A DNA stretch of 64,000 nucleotides from Tubiluchus corallicola (lineage: Eukaryota > Animalia > Priapulida): NCBI GenBank assembly GCA_030141605.1, contig JAQGDQ010000908.1, positions 1,029-65,028 of the forward strand, written 5' to 3'. The notes under the pieces were generated by a model. It made no database searches. It was not told the origin of the DNA and was given only the letters and a program-made list of their open reading frames with translations. A program made the position numbers and the translations under genes. Of this stretch, positions 1 to 13,800 are shown one piece after another (the stretch's first letter is position 1; each line of letters begins with the position of its first letter).

Positions 1-628
1 CATGATGAAAAGTTGCATCATAAAAGCGAATTATAAAAACACGTTAAAAACTAATTTTGTGTCAAAAAAATTCTATAGAAAGACTCTAGAATTAATTACA
101 GAATTGTTTACTGTCACGTAGTTGATTTGTGATTAAAGGGATAATTTATATTTACAATCCGTATAAGTTAAAGTAGGATAATGTCAATTGTTGAGTCATG
201 TAAACAATACTGTAAGCATGTTACATTGCTCAACCTCTCCACAGCAGAATATCAAGGCAGCCTTTAATCATCAAGTTTTTTTACATTTCATTTCTGTAAT
301 TATGTTAATTTTAATAGTTTTGTAATACAGCCCTTTGTTGCTTACAGAGGCTGATGTTAATAGAAACATTTAGTTGTTGTTTATAAAGTAAAATTTTTTT
401 AGCAATCTCGACAAAAATTTGAACAAATTCCACACCCTACACACTCAAAGAAAGATTTTAATCTTCAACAATCCTGTCTGGATTTTAACATTAATTGAAA
501 TCTTGTGAATTATTGAGCTAAGATGCAGTTTATACCGTCACGTCCTCAACACACAAAGGAGGATTTTGATCCGTAACACAAATATGTCTGCGATCAAGCA
601 ATAGTTCAATAATCTCTCTTCTTAAATT

Positions 629-790
629 GATTCAGCAGATTTCACAACAATTTTGGCAGCGTGAGAAATTGTGCGTAACGACCAACCTTGAAACTCCCAT
701 GACAAACCGTTTATACAAACATTAAACTAAAAATGTATGAGTTAAGGTTTCTTAAATGTTTGACATTTCAGTAAATTTTTTGGCACTGCT
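629..790. repeat. Dispersed repeat copy A (similar to 4309-4515)
   Basis: gattcagcagattt-acaacaattttg-cag-gtgagaaatt-tg-gtaa-gaccaacctt is shared with 4309 onward, and the similarity continues for about 160-200 bp. Confidence 0.7.
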
Positions 791-3300
791 ATTGTTTCAG
801 TGGTAATTGTAAACTGCTTTTTATTTTATTATAATTCTGTAACGTACAAAACTGATGTCTTCACAAAGATTTTAGAAGTCTACACTGTAATAGCTTTAAA
901 CACATTTTTTATAAATAAATTGCAGGCGGGTTCATGCCATGCATGAACTATTGGTGAAACTTGGATACTTGGTGAGTTACGTTTTCATTTGCTCTGCTGA
1001 TCCTGTTTGTTTACATAGTAGTCGACGTAGAGAACGGATGTTTCACATATGAACATGGCTGAGACACCTCTGGCAGTTCAGTGGCTCATCTTCAAGAGTT
1101 GCCTTTGAAAATAAGCCTGAATCAACTCAGACCACATCTTAAACATCCCAACTTTTTGATACCATTATTTTAGCATAATTATAATTATGTTATTAGTATG
1201 TCATCATTTCAGAGTCAAGTTATGAAGTAATGTGTGTAATAAAGTTTAAAGCTCAGAAGAAATATCTGACTGTCTAAACACTAACGCTTCTTCAAAATCA
1301 TTCAACACAAAGAGTTTTGAAAGATGCTGCAATGTTTATTTTAAAACAAGTTTTCCTCCTTTGTGCTGAAGATGTGAAAAAATCTGAAGTTATATTAGGT
1401 CTTGTGTCAATACATTAGCCTGGGAACTAATAAAAAGACACATGACAAAGAGTTAAGTAAACAAAGCAGAGTGATTACAAGGTTCTTGAATTTCAAAAGC
1501 CCGCATTCCACGCCTGCAAAAGAGTTAACAGAACAAAGCTGAGCAAATACAGACAAGACAGTTAATAGTCTACGACATTCCAGGAATATTGACATAAGCT
1601 TTTCCAGAATGGAGTGAGAAGTAATAACATTTCTCATTATTGCCTCCTTTTCTGGTATAACAGCCTCCCTCTCACACCTTAACTCACGCTTAATATCACT
1701 TACTGCTTAAGAGAAACTTTAAATTGCTTTACACGAAAGTACGACATTCTTTTAAATGTAATTGATTCGTGATCATTAATTTAGCAAGACGCAACACAAT
1801 GTGGTTTTCTACATCCTGGTCTGCTGACTGCAAACGTCACAAATCCATTTTCTGACCAGTTTCTGTGATCTATCAGACGTGTCATTATTTTTTTTCTCTT
1901 TGAAGTAAAGCTTGTAATAATATAACCACCTGGGAAATGCGATGTTTTGATCAGATTAAAAGGATTATAAGCACAATAATTGAGTTTCAGTTTTCAGATT
2001 TCAAAACATTTTAAAGAATTTGTATTGAAAACACAGGAGTAAAAAATCAGTTACTTTTAGCATCACAACAAAGACGAGGCTGCGTAATAATAATAGCTGT
2101 TTGAACGAGAAACATACAATTTTAAGTGTGTAATCACACGGGCAATCATGGCTCCATATGAACGGGTAATTCTTTAAAGTGATTTGTTTGCTGAAGACAG
2201 AAATTGTCCCTCTAATATCAGTCTCCCGCCACCAACCCTGGTATTGTTAAAACTCAATGAAAACGGATTATTTTTGTCTACTCTTTAGTATGAACAGTCA
2301 TGCATTTATGTTGCTTTCTTTGACTTGAAATTACCTTGTTGTTATTAATGGATGTTGCTAATAAATCATCTCTTATCCATGTTTGAGTAAATGATACTTT
2401 GATAGAAATTGTAACTAATTTAGAGCAAGGAAAGATCAGGCATTTTGTGTTGCATAAACTGTGAAATTTTTTATGTGTTCTGGTTCTATAAGTTTGCACG
2501 ACATTATCGAAAACAAATATACATTCAAACAGAGTAACATCATCTTTCAATTTCAATGTTTTTAACTTGGTATTTATGTTGTATAACTATAAGATATTTA
2601 TATGATGGTTGTTATGCAGGAACCTGTGTCGGGTCAGGTGTAGAGCCCTCTGCACGGCCTGTTTCCACATCAGCAGCGACTCACTTTGTGTTGTGCCCAG
2701 ACTAGGAGCTGCTTCCCTGAGATTGTAGTAACTTCTGGCTTCTAGTCATAGTGTACTTCATTGATTTTTTTCCTCGCATTTAGTCTTTGCATTTTTTCTT
2801 TAAAATAACTGCAGTGTTTGCATTGCAACAATGTACAGTATCACTTGTGTGAAAATTTCAACTATCCAGACACAATACTCTGATACACTCTGAGTGCCTG
2901 AAAGGGGCGTGTTTTTTTAATTTTATTCAGTTAATTCACTTTCTGATGTTTAAAAAACTAGCATGATGAATAGCTGAGATTCTCATGGATAGAGCAGTAC
3001 ACAGCTTGTAATCATTTAGTTGTGTCTGTTCTCATACTATAGCAAAAAAGTCATAGGTCTTATGGTGCGGTCTTGAAGGAGTTAAAGGTAGAGTTTCAAA
3101 TGTTCCAGAAAAGAATGACATGTAAACAGATTATGTTTAAGCCGCTACCATTTTCAGTAATGACAATGCTGTCATAAGTGACGTTAAACTGGTACATTAA
3201 AACCGTTTTACTTACAATTTTTTAAATTATTTACTAATAATCATCGTTTTAGTTGCTTTTGATTAGTAAAGAATAGCACTTTTCATTGCAGCCATGCTAT

Positions 3301-3803
3301 TTAAGTAACGTTATTCTCCTGCCTAAGCCATGCAGGTTTCTCAGTTCGTTGCCTGGCATTATTTTCCTCTCCTTGCCACATTTCAGACCAGCTAAATGTT
3401 GTGTTATGACACTGTCCTATCGTCCCATGTGGAAATGGCACCAATGGCCCAGGTGGAAATCTACACATATCTGAATACTTTGGTATTGGATCGATGGTAT
3501 TGTCATTAGCTGGATGTCCAGAGCGTGTCATCCAGAAGTTCAGTATCTGCTCTGGGTACACGCGATGTAGGCTGATGTAATGTTGACAAATAAGGTGACC
3601 TGTTACAGAGGTGGTGTTTACACGTCTGTAATTAATTCTCTTGTCAGGAAAGTATGTTATATTGTTCATCTGTAGGATCCACAAGGCTAAGGGACGTGTG
3701 GCTGTGCTGTGACATTGCAACTTGCCTTCTGTGTTTTGCTTCAGTAAATTTTCTATTATGTCTTTGGTTAAAATGATGAATTCTTCATTCATGGTGACCC
3801 ATC
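3301..3803 (-). CDS. Possible terminal coding exon of a GT31 (beta-1,3-galactosyltransferase-like) glycosyltransferase
   Basis: 163-aa open frame preceded by a tttattttag acceptor (AG at 3804-3805 on minus). The segment FIILTKDII...LALWILQMNNITYFPDKRI...C..HYISLHRV parallels the GT31/B3GALT6 C-terminal pattern (YVLSxDLV...LGxWL..V....DPRF...C...YLVTHK). Similarity is weak and was judged by eye. Confidence 0.3.
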
Positions 3804-4308
3804 CTAAAATAAAATAGTCAAGAAATTCAAACCAGAAAATAAAAGTTGCAAAAAACGTTTAAATTACGAAACACGTCTGTACAGAGATTTCATTTGGTCT
3901 TTAGCACACTTGAGTGTTGTGCAGAACTCGGGTTCGAATCCCAATGAAAGTATTTTTTGGATTTTTAGCTGCAGTATTTCATGAACTTTGTATTTCTCAC
4001 ACTTTTTTCAAAAGCTAGACAACATATTTCTTGTTTCTGCTAAGTGTCTGAACACATTGAATACAAGCAGTTGCAGCAGTCATAGTCGTAGCCCTCGCTG
4101 CAGTCGTTGCCGTTGTCATTGCAGCCAAACAAATGAAAAAAAAATAATGAAATACAGTAGAATTTAATAATAACTGAAACCTTGGAAAACAGTGAGCTGA
4201 GGCGCCATTTATGCCCTGCACGCCAGAGGATGATCCTGATCCCTAAAAATTGTTGCATATTAGGTTATAATGAAATGACTGAAACCCCAGATAACAGCCT
4301 TTTATATA

Positions 4309-4515
4309 GATTCAGCAGATTTTACGACAATTTTGTCAGAGTGAGAAATTTTGGGTAATGACCAACCTTAAAATGTCCAAGTGAGCACGTTTATATAAGT
4401 CTAATAATACAAGTCTGAACCGTTTATATAAGACTAAACATTAGAATAAAAATATCCGAGTTTAGGGTTTTTAAATGTTGCATATTTCAGGAGACTTCTT
4501 GGTACTGCTGAATTT
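4309..4515. repeat. Dispersed repeat copy B (similar to 629-790)
   Basis: Direct sequence similarity to 629-790. Confidence 0.7.
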
Positions 4516-5602
4516 CGTGAAATAATTTCTAGCTAAGTACCGACTTAATGGTCTTGGAACTAGTGATTAAACTGGCTATAATCATTGTTTAGTACATTTG
4601 CAGTACTTTATACAGCGCAAAAAGGTTAAGTAATTTCATTTAATCATGAATTATTACGTTTGCAAGATTTAACACAGAATTTTGGAATGTAGCCTTGTAT
4701 TTCTGAACCATGTACTGGTACTAGGGCCTTAGACCACTGTACGCAGCTACATTTTGTCAAAGCAATGCAAAGTGATGATACATTACAGACAACATCCTGT
4801 ATCGGGTGAATAAAATGCAGGTTTAGACAGCACGTGTCTTCGTGAGTATGAAGACTAAAGCTTGACAGTAGAAAATGCAGTTGACACAATATTGACGTAT
4901 GATAAAACATTGTTTTAAAGTAAAAAAACAGTGTTTCTTTCCATAAGATAAGCCTATCACTTTTGTTATTTCAGGAACGTAACATTAGTCCATTTGTTCA
5001 ATGTTTTGGTGCAAAGGCATTAATAAAACACCCAATAAATGGAATTATTTTTGCAGTCATACAAGCAGACAAGTAAGAATAGTAACTATCCATGCAGCAC
5101 CTTTTAGTCCTAAAAACTTGTAGATTTGCGCTGTTGAATTAATGTTTTTAATCCTATCTTCAAATCTAATGATCAATAATGCGAAGACACGCAGATAATG
5201 CTGAAGGTATGCCACATAACACCCTTTGAAAACAGAGCCCTAGATATAAAATTGTATGCATTATTTCTAACGTTTTTGACTATTTCCTTTAAACAAGTTT
5301 AACTTTAGTGCTTACCGCCTTTTTGCAAAGCATTAGATGAAGACTGCATATATATATATATAGGCATGGCAATTACCCAGATCATCCAATGATGTTTGCG
5401 CGCTTTTCCCATGCCACATAGTCACATAGTTAACAGCAAGCATATGTGAAGTGTAACGTTATCAATACTAATAAGAAATTACTAATAGTTTTTAGCACAA
5501 GAACTGCCTAACAGTTACTTAATTAAAGCGACCGTGTGTCATTTTGAGAACTAGAGATCTTAATTCCATGAATAATTGCAGCACATGCTTCTTAATTATT
5601 TT

Positions 5603-6573
5603 CAGTGGCGGCTCGTGTGTAGGTAACGTAGCGCTGCAGCACCTCCCTCGTTTTCACTCGTTATTATCGATGTAACTTTTTCAGCTTTCGTTTCAGACAA
5701 CAAAATATTTTGTACTCTCTACTCGAAACACTTCTGATATAGACAAAGTCTTTCATACAGATGATATACAAGACTTCATCATTGTGAGGTGCATGTTGTT
5801 AATTTTGATAGTAAATGGCTTGCTTGGCTTGCATTGCTGTATGTGTTCTTTCAATTCATCATCTCCTCACCCCTGTCACTTAAAATGGTTTCTATTTTCC
5901 TGTTGGAGTACTTCGTTTACTTATGCAGAAAAAACAATACCTGTTCTGGACAGTTGAGTTGATACTTTTCACTAGTGCAGACGTTCATTGTTGGTCTGAC
6001 CAGTGGGCATGTTCCAGCATACCTGTTGTTAACGTATTTGTCTGGAAAGGCTGGCACACAATCTGTGATGTAACTTCTTTACCATGGAGAGCTGAGCTAA
6101 GTGTTGTTTTGGCCAAGGACGGTGTTCCTGTTGCATAGCCTGTCTCACTCAGTCTCGTTGCTGTTACATGGTTTGAAGAGCTGGTCAAGCCACAGAAGTG
6201 TGATGTTATTACGTTCCATTCAGCTGTTGTAGACTACAACATGTTTGCTGGAAGTTGTTAGTTAGCTGTCGTCATCTGCATCAGGATCGTCAAGTTGTCG
6301 GCGTCAGCGTTGTCATTGTGGGAGGATCGTCAAGTTGTGCACAACATCGTCATGAACATTCAGATAAGTTATGCACATTCATTTTCCTATCCTCATCTTT
6401 CTTTGGGCGTTTTCACAGCAAGCCACTAATAGTAATTTTTGAGCTCTTATTGTTGACTTTTTGTTGTACTGTTTTCTTTTGTAATAATTATAGCTCATAT
6501 TTATATTTACAATTTATATTTCATCTTCTTTTGTTTTTAACCAAATAGCCTTAAAACAGCAGACGAGCCCGTG
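5603..6573. mobile_element. Possible hAT-like non-autonomous DNA transposon remnant
   Basis: Begins CAGTGGCGGCTCGTG, a common hAT-MITE-type terminus. A partial inverted match (cagacgagcc) occurs near 6560-6570. No TSD was verified. Confidence 0.3.
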
Positions 6574-6931
6574 AAAATACATGTAGTATATCTACCTGAT
6601 CATTATATAAAAATTAAGAAAGCCATAGCCCCCAGAACGTTACAATCGATAATATTCAATATAATTCTTTAATTATTTCTTTATGTTTGTGCGGAGCACG
6701 TGAGGGAAGTACAATTTGCTTCACAGCCCAAGCAACTTGGTGGTTGGTCCTGCGCACATGTCCGAGATAAGACGCTTTACTTTCGGTAGAAAGAGTACTG
6801 TCGCTCACAGGCCGTACTTGTTGTCAGTTGTCACGTGCTTAAAAGCCGTGAACCGCATATTCTTGAACTACGACAATTTATTCGTATGAAAACAACATTT
6901 TTTATTTAGATGTTTATCAAGGTTATGTTAA

Positions 6932-7010
6932 ATTTACTGCCAAATCACGTTGAAAACACCGGTTCTCGTCTGATCATCGAAGTTAAGCAACGTAGAGTCT
7001 GGTTAGTACT
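6932..7010 (+). pseudogene. 3'-truncated 5S rRNA pseudogene, or 5S-derived SINE head
   Basis: ...actgccaaatcacgttgaaaacaccggttctcgtctgatcatcgaagttaagcaacgtagagtctggttagtact matches the 5' ~80 nt of metazoan 5S rRNA. It stops at GTTAGTACT and runs into an (ACT)n/(CCA)n microsatellite. Confidence 0.85.
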
Positions 7011-8396
7011 ACTACTAGTAGTACTACCACCACCGCCACCACTACTAAGGACATTTCTAATGACAAATATTTTATATTAATAAAGATAATGAAAATCTAA
7101 AAAAGCAATTAGCTTTATAACACAAAAATTAAGATTAGCAAAGATGCTAAAACGACAGACATAACTGAAATTTGCAGCAATGGATATTTTTCGAAGCTAT
7201 CCGGTTTTCTTTTTCTTCAATGGCTATTTGTTCTTCGACTTCTTCGTGAATCTTTTCAGATGTTAAAGAATTCCCTTTAAAAAAGCTATACCATGATCTG
7301 AGTCTGTAGGAAGAAATAACAAAAATTAGTCAAGAAACTAAAACTATTGAATTGAATTTAATGTATGAATAGATTTGTGAATTTTTCTGATCAGATATCA
7401 ACATAGCTGGGGCCAGATTTCTGTCAAGGTATCTTCTTTTAAGACTACTACATTTTTGTAACATGAGAAAAGTTAGACAAGTAGTTCACAGAATTTTCGT
7501 TTTTAGTAAATACGTGCAGTTTGGCTAACCCCGTCTGTTAAAAAACTAATTAAATGGCTTTACTGTAATACGTGTACTTTGTAAAAAAATACGGAAAAAG
7601 TTGTGCAAGCAGATCATTAGCTAAGCAAAATAAAACCCAATATATTTGTGAGAAAGTTATTTTTTTCTTTTTGTGACTGACCACAAAACTTTCTTTTAAA
7701 GAACCGCTAATGTGATTTATTGTCTCAGAAGGATGAAAGTACCAATATTACAAAGGCGGCAAAAGGCCGAATAATTATTTTTTCATATATAACACAGAAA
7801 TTTGTTCACGTTCGCATTAAGGTAACTATTCTTAGTAATACCTGTCAATTGGATTTCTGAGAGTAACAATGAGTTTTGCTGACGATGTCAACCAGTGTAT
7901 ATCATCTGCTATGTACTGATTCTCGCTAAATGATCCACGCTGTCCACTGAGATAAGCTGGTGTGAAATCACCTACAATTTAATCAGCATAACTAAACTTA
8001 GTATAGTTGTTGTTAATAGATTGCTATAAGATCACCTAGATTTTTGTATAGCAAACTAAAATTACCATGATTAAGTACTTTTGTTTGCCAACTGTAGCCT
8101 GCATGAACGGGCACCTTAATATCTTTATTCTTAACTACACGGAGCGGAGACTCGTTTGTTTCTGCATTTTTGACGTTTTAAAGGGCCATAAGCAAGAACA
8201 TAGTTTTCAAACCAATAAACGTGTACATCTTTAGAACTTAGTAAAAAGGCCGGAAAACAGCTGAAGAAAACACAACTTTGCTGAAAAATCTGGCTTAAAA
8301 GTAAATTTGTTTGGGGGCTAAAATTATAAATTGATTTAAAAACTATAATACATGGCTTCCGATAATATAAGCTTGGGATACAAATTATACATCTAT

Positions 8397-10555
8397 GAAT
8401 GCATGACTTCCGGCAGTCCAATACACACATCCCCTCTGCAGCTAGTAGGAGATCTATTTCTCTCTCACTGAATCGTTCGGGAGCTATGATATGCGTCGTC
8501 TTACCTATAATCATGATCTTACGTAAGCAATCTAATGATGCGTTCATAGCATTTAGCGCATCTATCCCTAGGATAGCATTTTGTTGCATTTTGACTACCT
8601 GGTACCTACCATAATCCTAACCTTGCTATCCCTGAACTTTGTGACAATCTGTCGCTCCCCTATCACAGGCATTATCGTTCCAGACGCATCTTTTAGTGTC
8701 ACACTACTTGGGTCACAAGGACCCATTCCTAACCACCGATATAACGCTAATGATATGCACGAAGTTGTTGCCCGGTATCAGTTAACATACGGGTGGGTTT
8801 TCCATTTAATTCTACCGCACAGGTTGGCTGTGTAATCAACTGTTCTTCCCAACCTGTGGAGATATGGGCTCGAAACGCACCTATGCCGTCCCAATCCCCT
8901 TGTGTCGCCCTGGGTTCTTGCTTCCCTGCTTCCCTAACCTAACCTTTTCAGCTTCAGTCGATCACAGAGACTTAGCTCACAATTCGGCACGTACATTGAG
9001 CAATCTCACATTAGTGAGACTACCGGCCGGCGACCCAGTCGATAGCAGTCACAAAGATGACCACCAGTCCATCAGCATAGCAAATCATCCCCATCCCTTA
9101 TAGGGAACAAAGGGCTCACGCCCAGAGGCAACCGATGGTCTGAACCATAGGATGCCCCGCCGGTAGCCTAGTAGTTTCCCCGTGGCTTCACTGGACCCAT
9201 TCTCCCTGGGGTGAAAGGCCCCGGTCTGCGGCATTCCTTGGCAATATCCCTGGTTGCAGACATCTAAAGCACAAGTCAGCTCGAGTAGGCCTCCTAGATG
9301 TTTGGGCCCACCTACCCATTCCCAGATGGCCTAAACGAGGTAGCGGTCCTCCCCTCTGGGGTTGTACACCTTTCCCTCATCGGAGACCCTGTCCTACCTC
9401 GGGTGTCTTCTGCCTTAACCCTGGCTCTTCATGTTCAGGTCTCTGACCGCCCCCTGGGAGTAATAATTGACAAACAGGACTTTCATTCCCTTCCTTTTCT
9501 TCTGCATCCACATTAATTGGCTTCGCACACAACTGATCATTTCTCAATGATTGTATTAACACGTCGGTCAAGAACTGCTGTGCCAGGCTCTAATCAGTTT
9601 CGGACGGTTTGTATGCTAGCCCTGCATGGTACCAAATCCAATCCACTAATTTTCTTTTGTCGCAGGTTTTTTAATTCTATCATGTGTTTCGTTAATTCCT
9701 CTCTATTTACATAACTCTGCTCCAAAAAGGCAATAAACTGTGCCCAATTCATATTTGACCATAACTCTCCATATCCATCTAGATATTGTGTGCATGCGCC
9801 TTCAATGGTCATGTAGGCTAGGCGTACACAGATGCCACCTACATTTTGAGAATCAGGTGATGTGCAGAAACCCCACCAGAGTTATGCTCTGAATCAACCT
9901 ATGAAAATTCTCACTACTGTCCGCCTCCTGTCCAGTAAATTTTGGGATGTCGACTAAGGCACTACATAATGCCCACTGATCAGTCATGGCCCATAAATGC
10001 GACAATAGCCAACTGGTTCTCTCAGGCATAATGGGAACGGACCCCTCTGGCTGTCCTGAGGCCCCGGCATCTGCACTCGATGATGCCCCTACTGTTTTGC
10101 TAATTCTTGGTTCTACTATGGGCGGCCTGGGTTGTTCAGTATCTCTCACACGTTTCAAAATTATGGCATGCAACACCTGTTCTTCGGGAGTTTGCATCTC
10201 TAGCCATCCAGGAGGGATGGTTCTGGTCCGAATCCACTCTTCTAACTGAGCTTCTGTCACCGCTACATTCTGCGGATCCAACATTGCTTAACTTTATAAC
10301 GTTTATTCTAACTAGACGGCTATAAGCACCATAAATTATAAATTACTGCACAGAATCCAGTTGTCGCTACTGTTCCAATTATCGGCACATGCCTCACTTT
10401 TGGCTAATTGCTTCCTTGTCCACTACTCACAATGTTTTGTTTCCTGAAAGCGCAATGTACAAGGATCAGCATCTACAATACGCTGTAACTATGCAAGATG
10501 TGTGCAAACCCATAAAGTAATACTATCCTGGTCACGGCACCACTTTTGCTGTTAC
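8397..10555 (-). mobile_element. Degenerate Ty3/Gypsy LTR retrotransposon, 5' part (PBS, gag, CCHC knuckle, protease); truncated after the protease
   Basis: PBS at 10525-10542. Gag fragments (DIPKFTG; WAQFIAFLEQSY...LKNLRQ) and a frameshifted CFRCLQPG.IAKEC knuckle at ~9232-9271. Protease region reads VELNGKPTRMLTDTG...AILGIDAL. A putative LTR end GTAACA (minus) is at 10550-10555; the far end of that LTR was not resolved. Confidence 0.85.
10525..10542 (-). promoter_or_regulatory. Primer binding site complementary to tRNA-His
   Basis: Minus strand TGGTGCCGTGACCAGGAT versus the canonical tRNA-His PBS TGGTGCCGTGACTCGGAT; it lies upstream of gag. Confidence 0.8.
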
Positions 10556-12481
10556 CCTCAACAATTAAAATCAGTACAATCGCTATGAGGCAATTAATTC
10601 CAAGTAGTTAATTACCCGACTACAGGAGCTTCGATTGGGCCGATCGGGCAGCGATGTGTTCCCACACGACCTCAAGCCACGAAATACGCGTTGTGATGTA
10701 AATCTGTATCTTCCTAGTTTACAAGCTGGACTCTGCAATAAGCCGCTTCAATGTGAATAACCTTTGGTAAAAATTCGTGTTACAGATAGCGTCTTTACGA
10801 CTATGCACTTAAGAATTTCTCGATCTTATCAATTAACTCGAACAAGCAAGTAACAATGAAGCACAAGTTTATTGATCGATTACTTATTAACTAAATGATT
10901 GACAATGTTGTTTAAAAATTACAGTATTGATTTCTTATACGCTTGTGGCGTTTACAAATAGTATCTATAGATTACGACTGAACAATTACAATTCCACACA
11001 ATACGTTATTCATCCGTTACTTGACAATCTTCGTTTTATACAACCAGTACTATTTAGTAACAGTACACATGTGTTATTCAACTATTACTAAGTAGAATGT
11101 AATGCTACTTAACTTGTGGACTGGCCAGTCTTATTGCGACTGAAATTGGCCAGATCCGAACTCTATTCTAGACGTTCTAAGCACCAGTGGTTGTGGTGTG
11201 TCCAACGACGCAGAAGTTTCCTCTATGCGGAGCTATAGTAAAACAATCTCCTACCTCAAGAGTCTTTTTGCAACAGACCTCTTCGTCTTCACGTCACGAC
11301 TGTAATGGCCCGTGCATACAGGGGTAGACCATTGGGGCCAATTAATGGTAGTCGCTGCTAAGTTCGATCAGTTCCTTGCAGGTGCGTCGTGCACCCAAAA
11401 AAATTGGGGGGGGGGCGACTATAATGGCGGATTTTAACTGTTTAAATTTGAATTTTAAATTTTGAAAAAAAATAAACAGTATTTTGCATGCAAGAAAAAC
11501 GATTTATTTAACATGGCATTTAACTTAAAGCTATAGCAACGGAAACTTAATTAAAATTAAAAATTAAATTAAAATTTAATTAAGTATTTATCAGCTGTCA
11601 GGAATCCGATGCAGAACTATCGACGCAGATTGGAATCGACGTTACAGTAGATACAGACGCCGTAGAACCTGTGTCGGGAACACGGTTGGACTTGAAAAAT
11701 GAAGTCAGATTGGACTGCCTTGACATCGTTTAAGAAATATAGCTAAAATCGCAGCGAAAATTAGCAAAGATTTTCCTAGCAGCAGAAAAATGATGAAATG
11801 TGCTCAAAATCACGCCATTTTATGCAGCAAACTCGTGGGAAAGAGTCACTAAGGAGTAGCAAAGAGTCGTTAATGTCCAATCAAGAGGTGGCTGAGCCGT
11901 GGCTCATCAGTTGGTATCTCCCAAACCGACTCTCTGGTACTAGGCTAGCTCAACATGACTTCAATGTTTGCATTGTTTTTGCTCTATTATTTCACTTATT
12001 CTCTATTATAACACACTGCTGAACGAAGCTCGAGTGCTAACTGAGCTGTTTTGTTAACTAACAGTCTTTTGTGCAAAGACGCTAATGCTACTCAACGAGC
12101 TGTTAACTGTTCCTGCCTGCCTCCTGAATAGATAGATTACAGGCAAACAAATTAACTACATCCTGGCTTTCAGGTAAACACATACTCATGCTCATACTGT
12201 TCGCATTTATGGAGCGCTGGCCGCGTGTCAAAAAGTCGGAAATAAATTTGCTTACTGGTCTCATTACGAGCCGCTGACGCCCTTCAAATTTTTGACATTT
12301 TCTAAAACGACGCCACTGGTTCCTTGGCCGAGCTAGGGTCACTAACCGACTGCCCACTAAAGGAAACAGACAATAGCTGAGCGTAGGCAGACTCTACGGG
12401 GGCTCTACCTAAACAGCATGGATTCTTTTGTGGTGTGATGAATGAAAAACAGGCTTTCCATCTATACCCCAAAAACCAAAC

Positions 12482-13800
12482 TGTAACCAGTCGAATAAAT
12501 GACAAAATATTACGTTTAACGACACAAACAAAAACAGTTGTATAATTGAGCCTTCTGTAAACAATGGAAATTAGTAATAAGCAAAAGTAAATCTGAAAAC
12601 GCTACTAAACAGCATGGCATGAAATAAATGCAATGACAAAACATACAAAAATCATACAGTTTTCCTAACTATTTAAAGGGTTCCTACTTACTCTACCAGC
12701 CGCCCCAAAATGCGTACGCTAGCATAATATCTTCTCCAGACAAATGTAGCTTGTTGTCATAGTCCTTTAGAACGACTAGAGTATGGTTCATATTTCATCT
12801 GATAGGTTCTCGACTCCCACAGTAGCGACTCAAAAAGTCTGAGAGAAACGTAGCTAAATGTTTCAATGTAAGTCAAAAGGGTGACGTGTGAACGTAGCTG
12901 TAGGCACACATGTGTTCGGAAATTCACATCAAAACAAGTTCTCCCTCTGGCGCCAATTAACGATAAAGTAAATAAACAGGCACCTTTGCCTTCCGGTTTA
13001 TTGGCATAAAGTTCCTACCCGGGCGGTGACGACTTTTCCGTCCCATGCGATGGACTATCGAGCTGGGCACCTTTCCAACTGCACGACGGTGCTCTCACAT
13101 GATCCGAAACGACATCTTCCCGGCATGGTAAGATCAGCCAAGCCATATAAACCAATGAGTGGACATCTTCCACCACCACAAATAGATCATTAGCTTTTCA
13201 AACGTCAGCTAATGGACGATCAGGTAAAACGCAAAAACGCAATTTAACCAACCAAACTCAAGTTGCATATCTCGTGTCCGTGAAATCTGTGTCATGAACG
13301 TACAGAAATCCATGCATTTGGCTTCAATCCGATTAAATGCACAAACGTACAGTTACACGTTTAACCCAACCCCGGGGGGGGGGGGGACTAACATTCCCTA
13401 AACTAACAAATAGTACCTAGTTGATCATAACAATCTAGAAACAATTTACACTCAGTGAACATAAGTAAAGAAAAGCTGATGTCAAAATACGAAAATAAAG
13501 CTTAATGTTTATCTGCAAGTTAAAGTACGGCTTAATGATTTATTCTGGGTCATTACAACGAGAGCCACACGTCAACAACCCAAGAAACTCTCTTTGCGCA
13601 CGCTTTTGAATCCAATGTCAGATGATATGACATTTTCAGTGACTCGTTGAGACGCCACCTAACTTGACCATAACCCTGACACATCCGTCGTCATTGGGAC
13701 AAGGCTCTTATTGACCGTGTTCCAATGACATATAGCCTTACTCCAGGCTGTCATTCCTAACTGTTAAATTGGGTTGGTGATACTCGTGCCTCTCTGAAAT
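12482..13800 (-). mobile_element. BEL/Pao remnant: degenerate integrase C-terminal tail plus putative 3' LTR (12482-13357)
   Basis: Minus strand ~13570-13790 gives fragments PNLTV and EPCPNDDGCVRVMVKLG, resembling the BEL DUF5641 tail. A G-rich tract precedes TGTAAC at 13357, and 12482-13357 is bounded by TGTAAC...GTTACA. Confidence 0.45.

Noticed and set aside
3893-3947. tRNA-like B box GGTTCGAATCC
   Set aside because: No complete cloverleaf could be folded; at most a decayed tRNA or SINE head.
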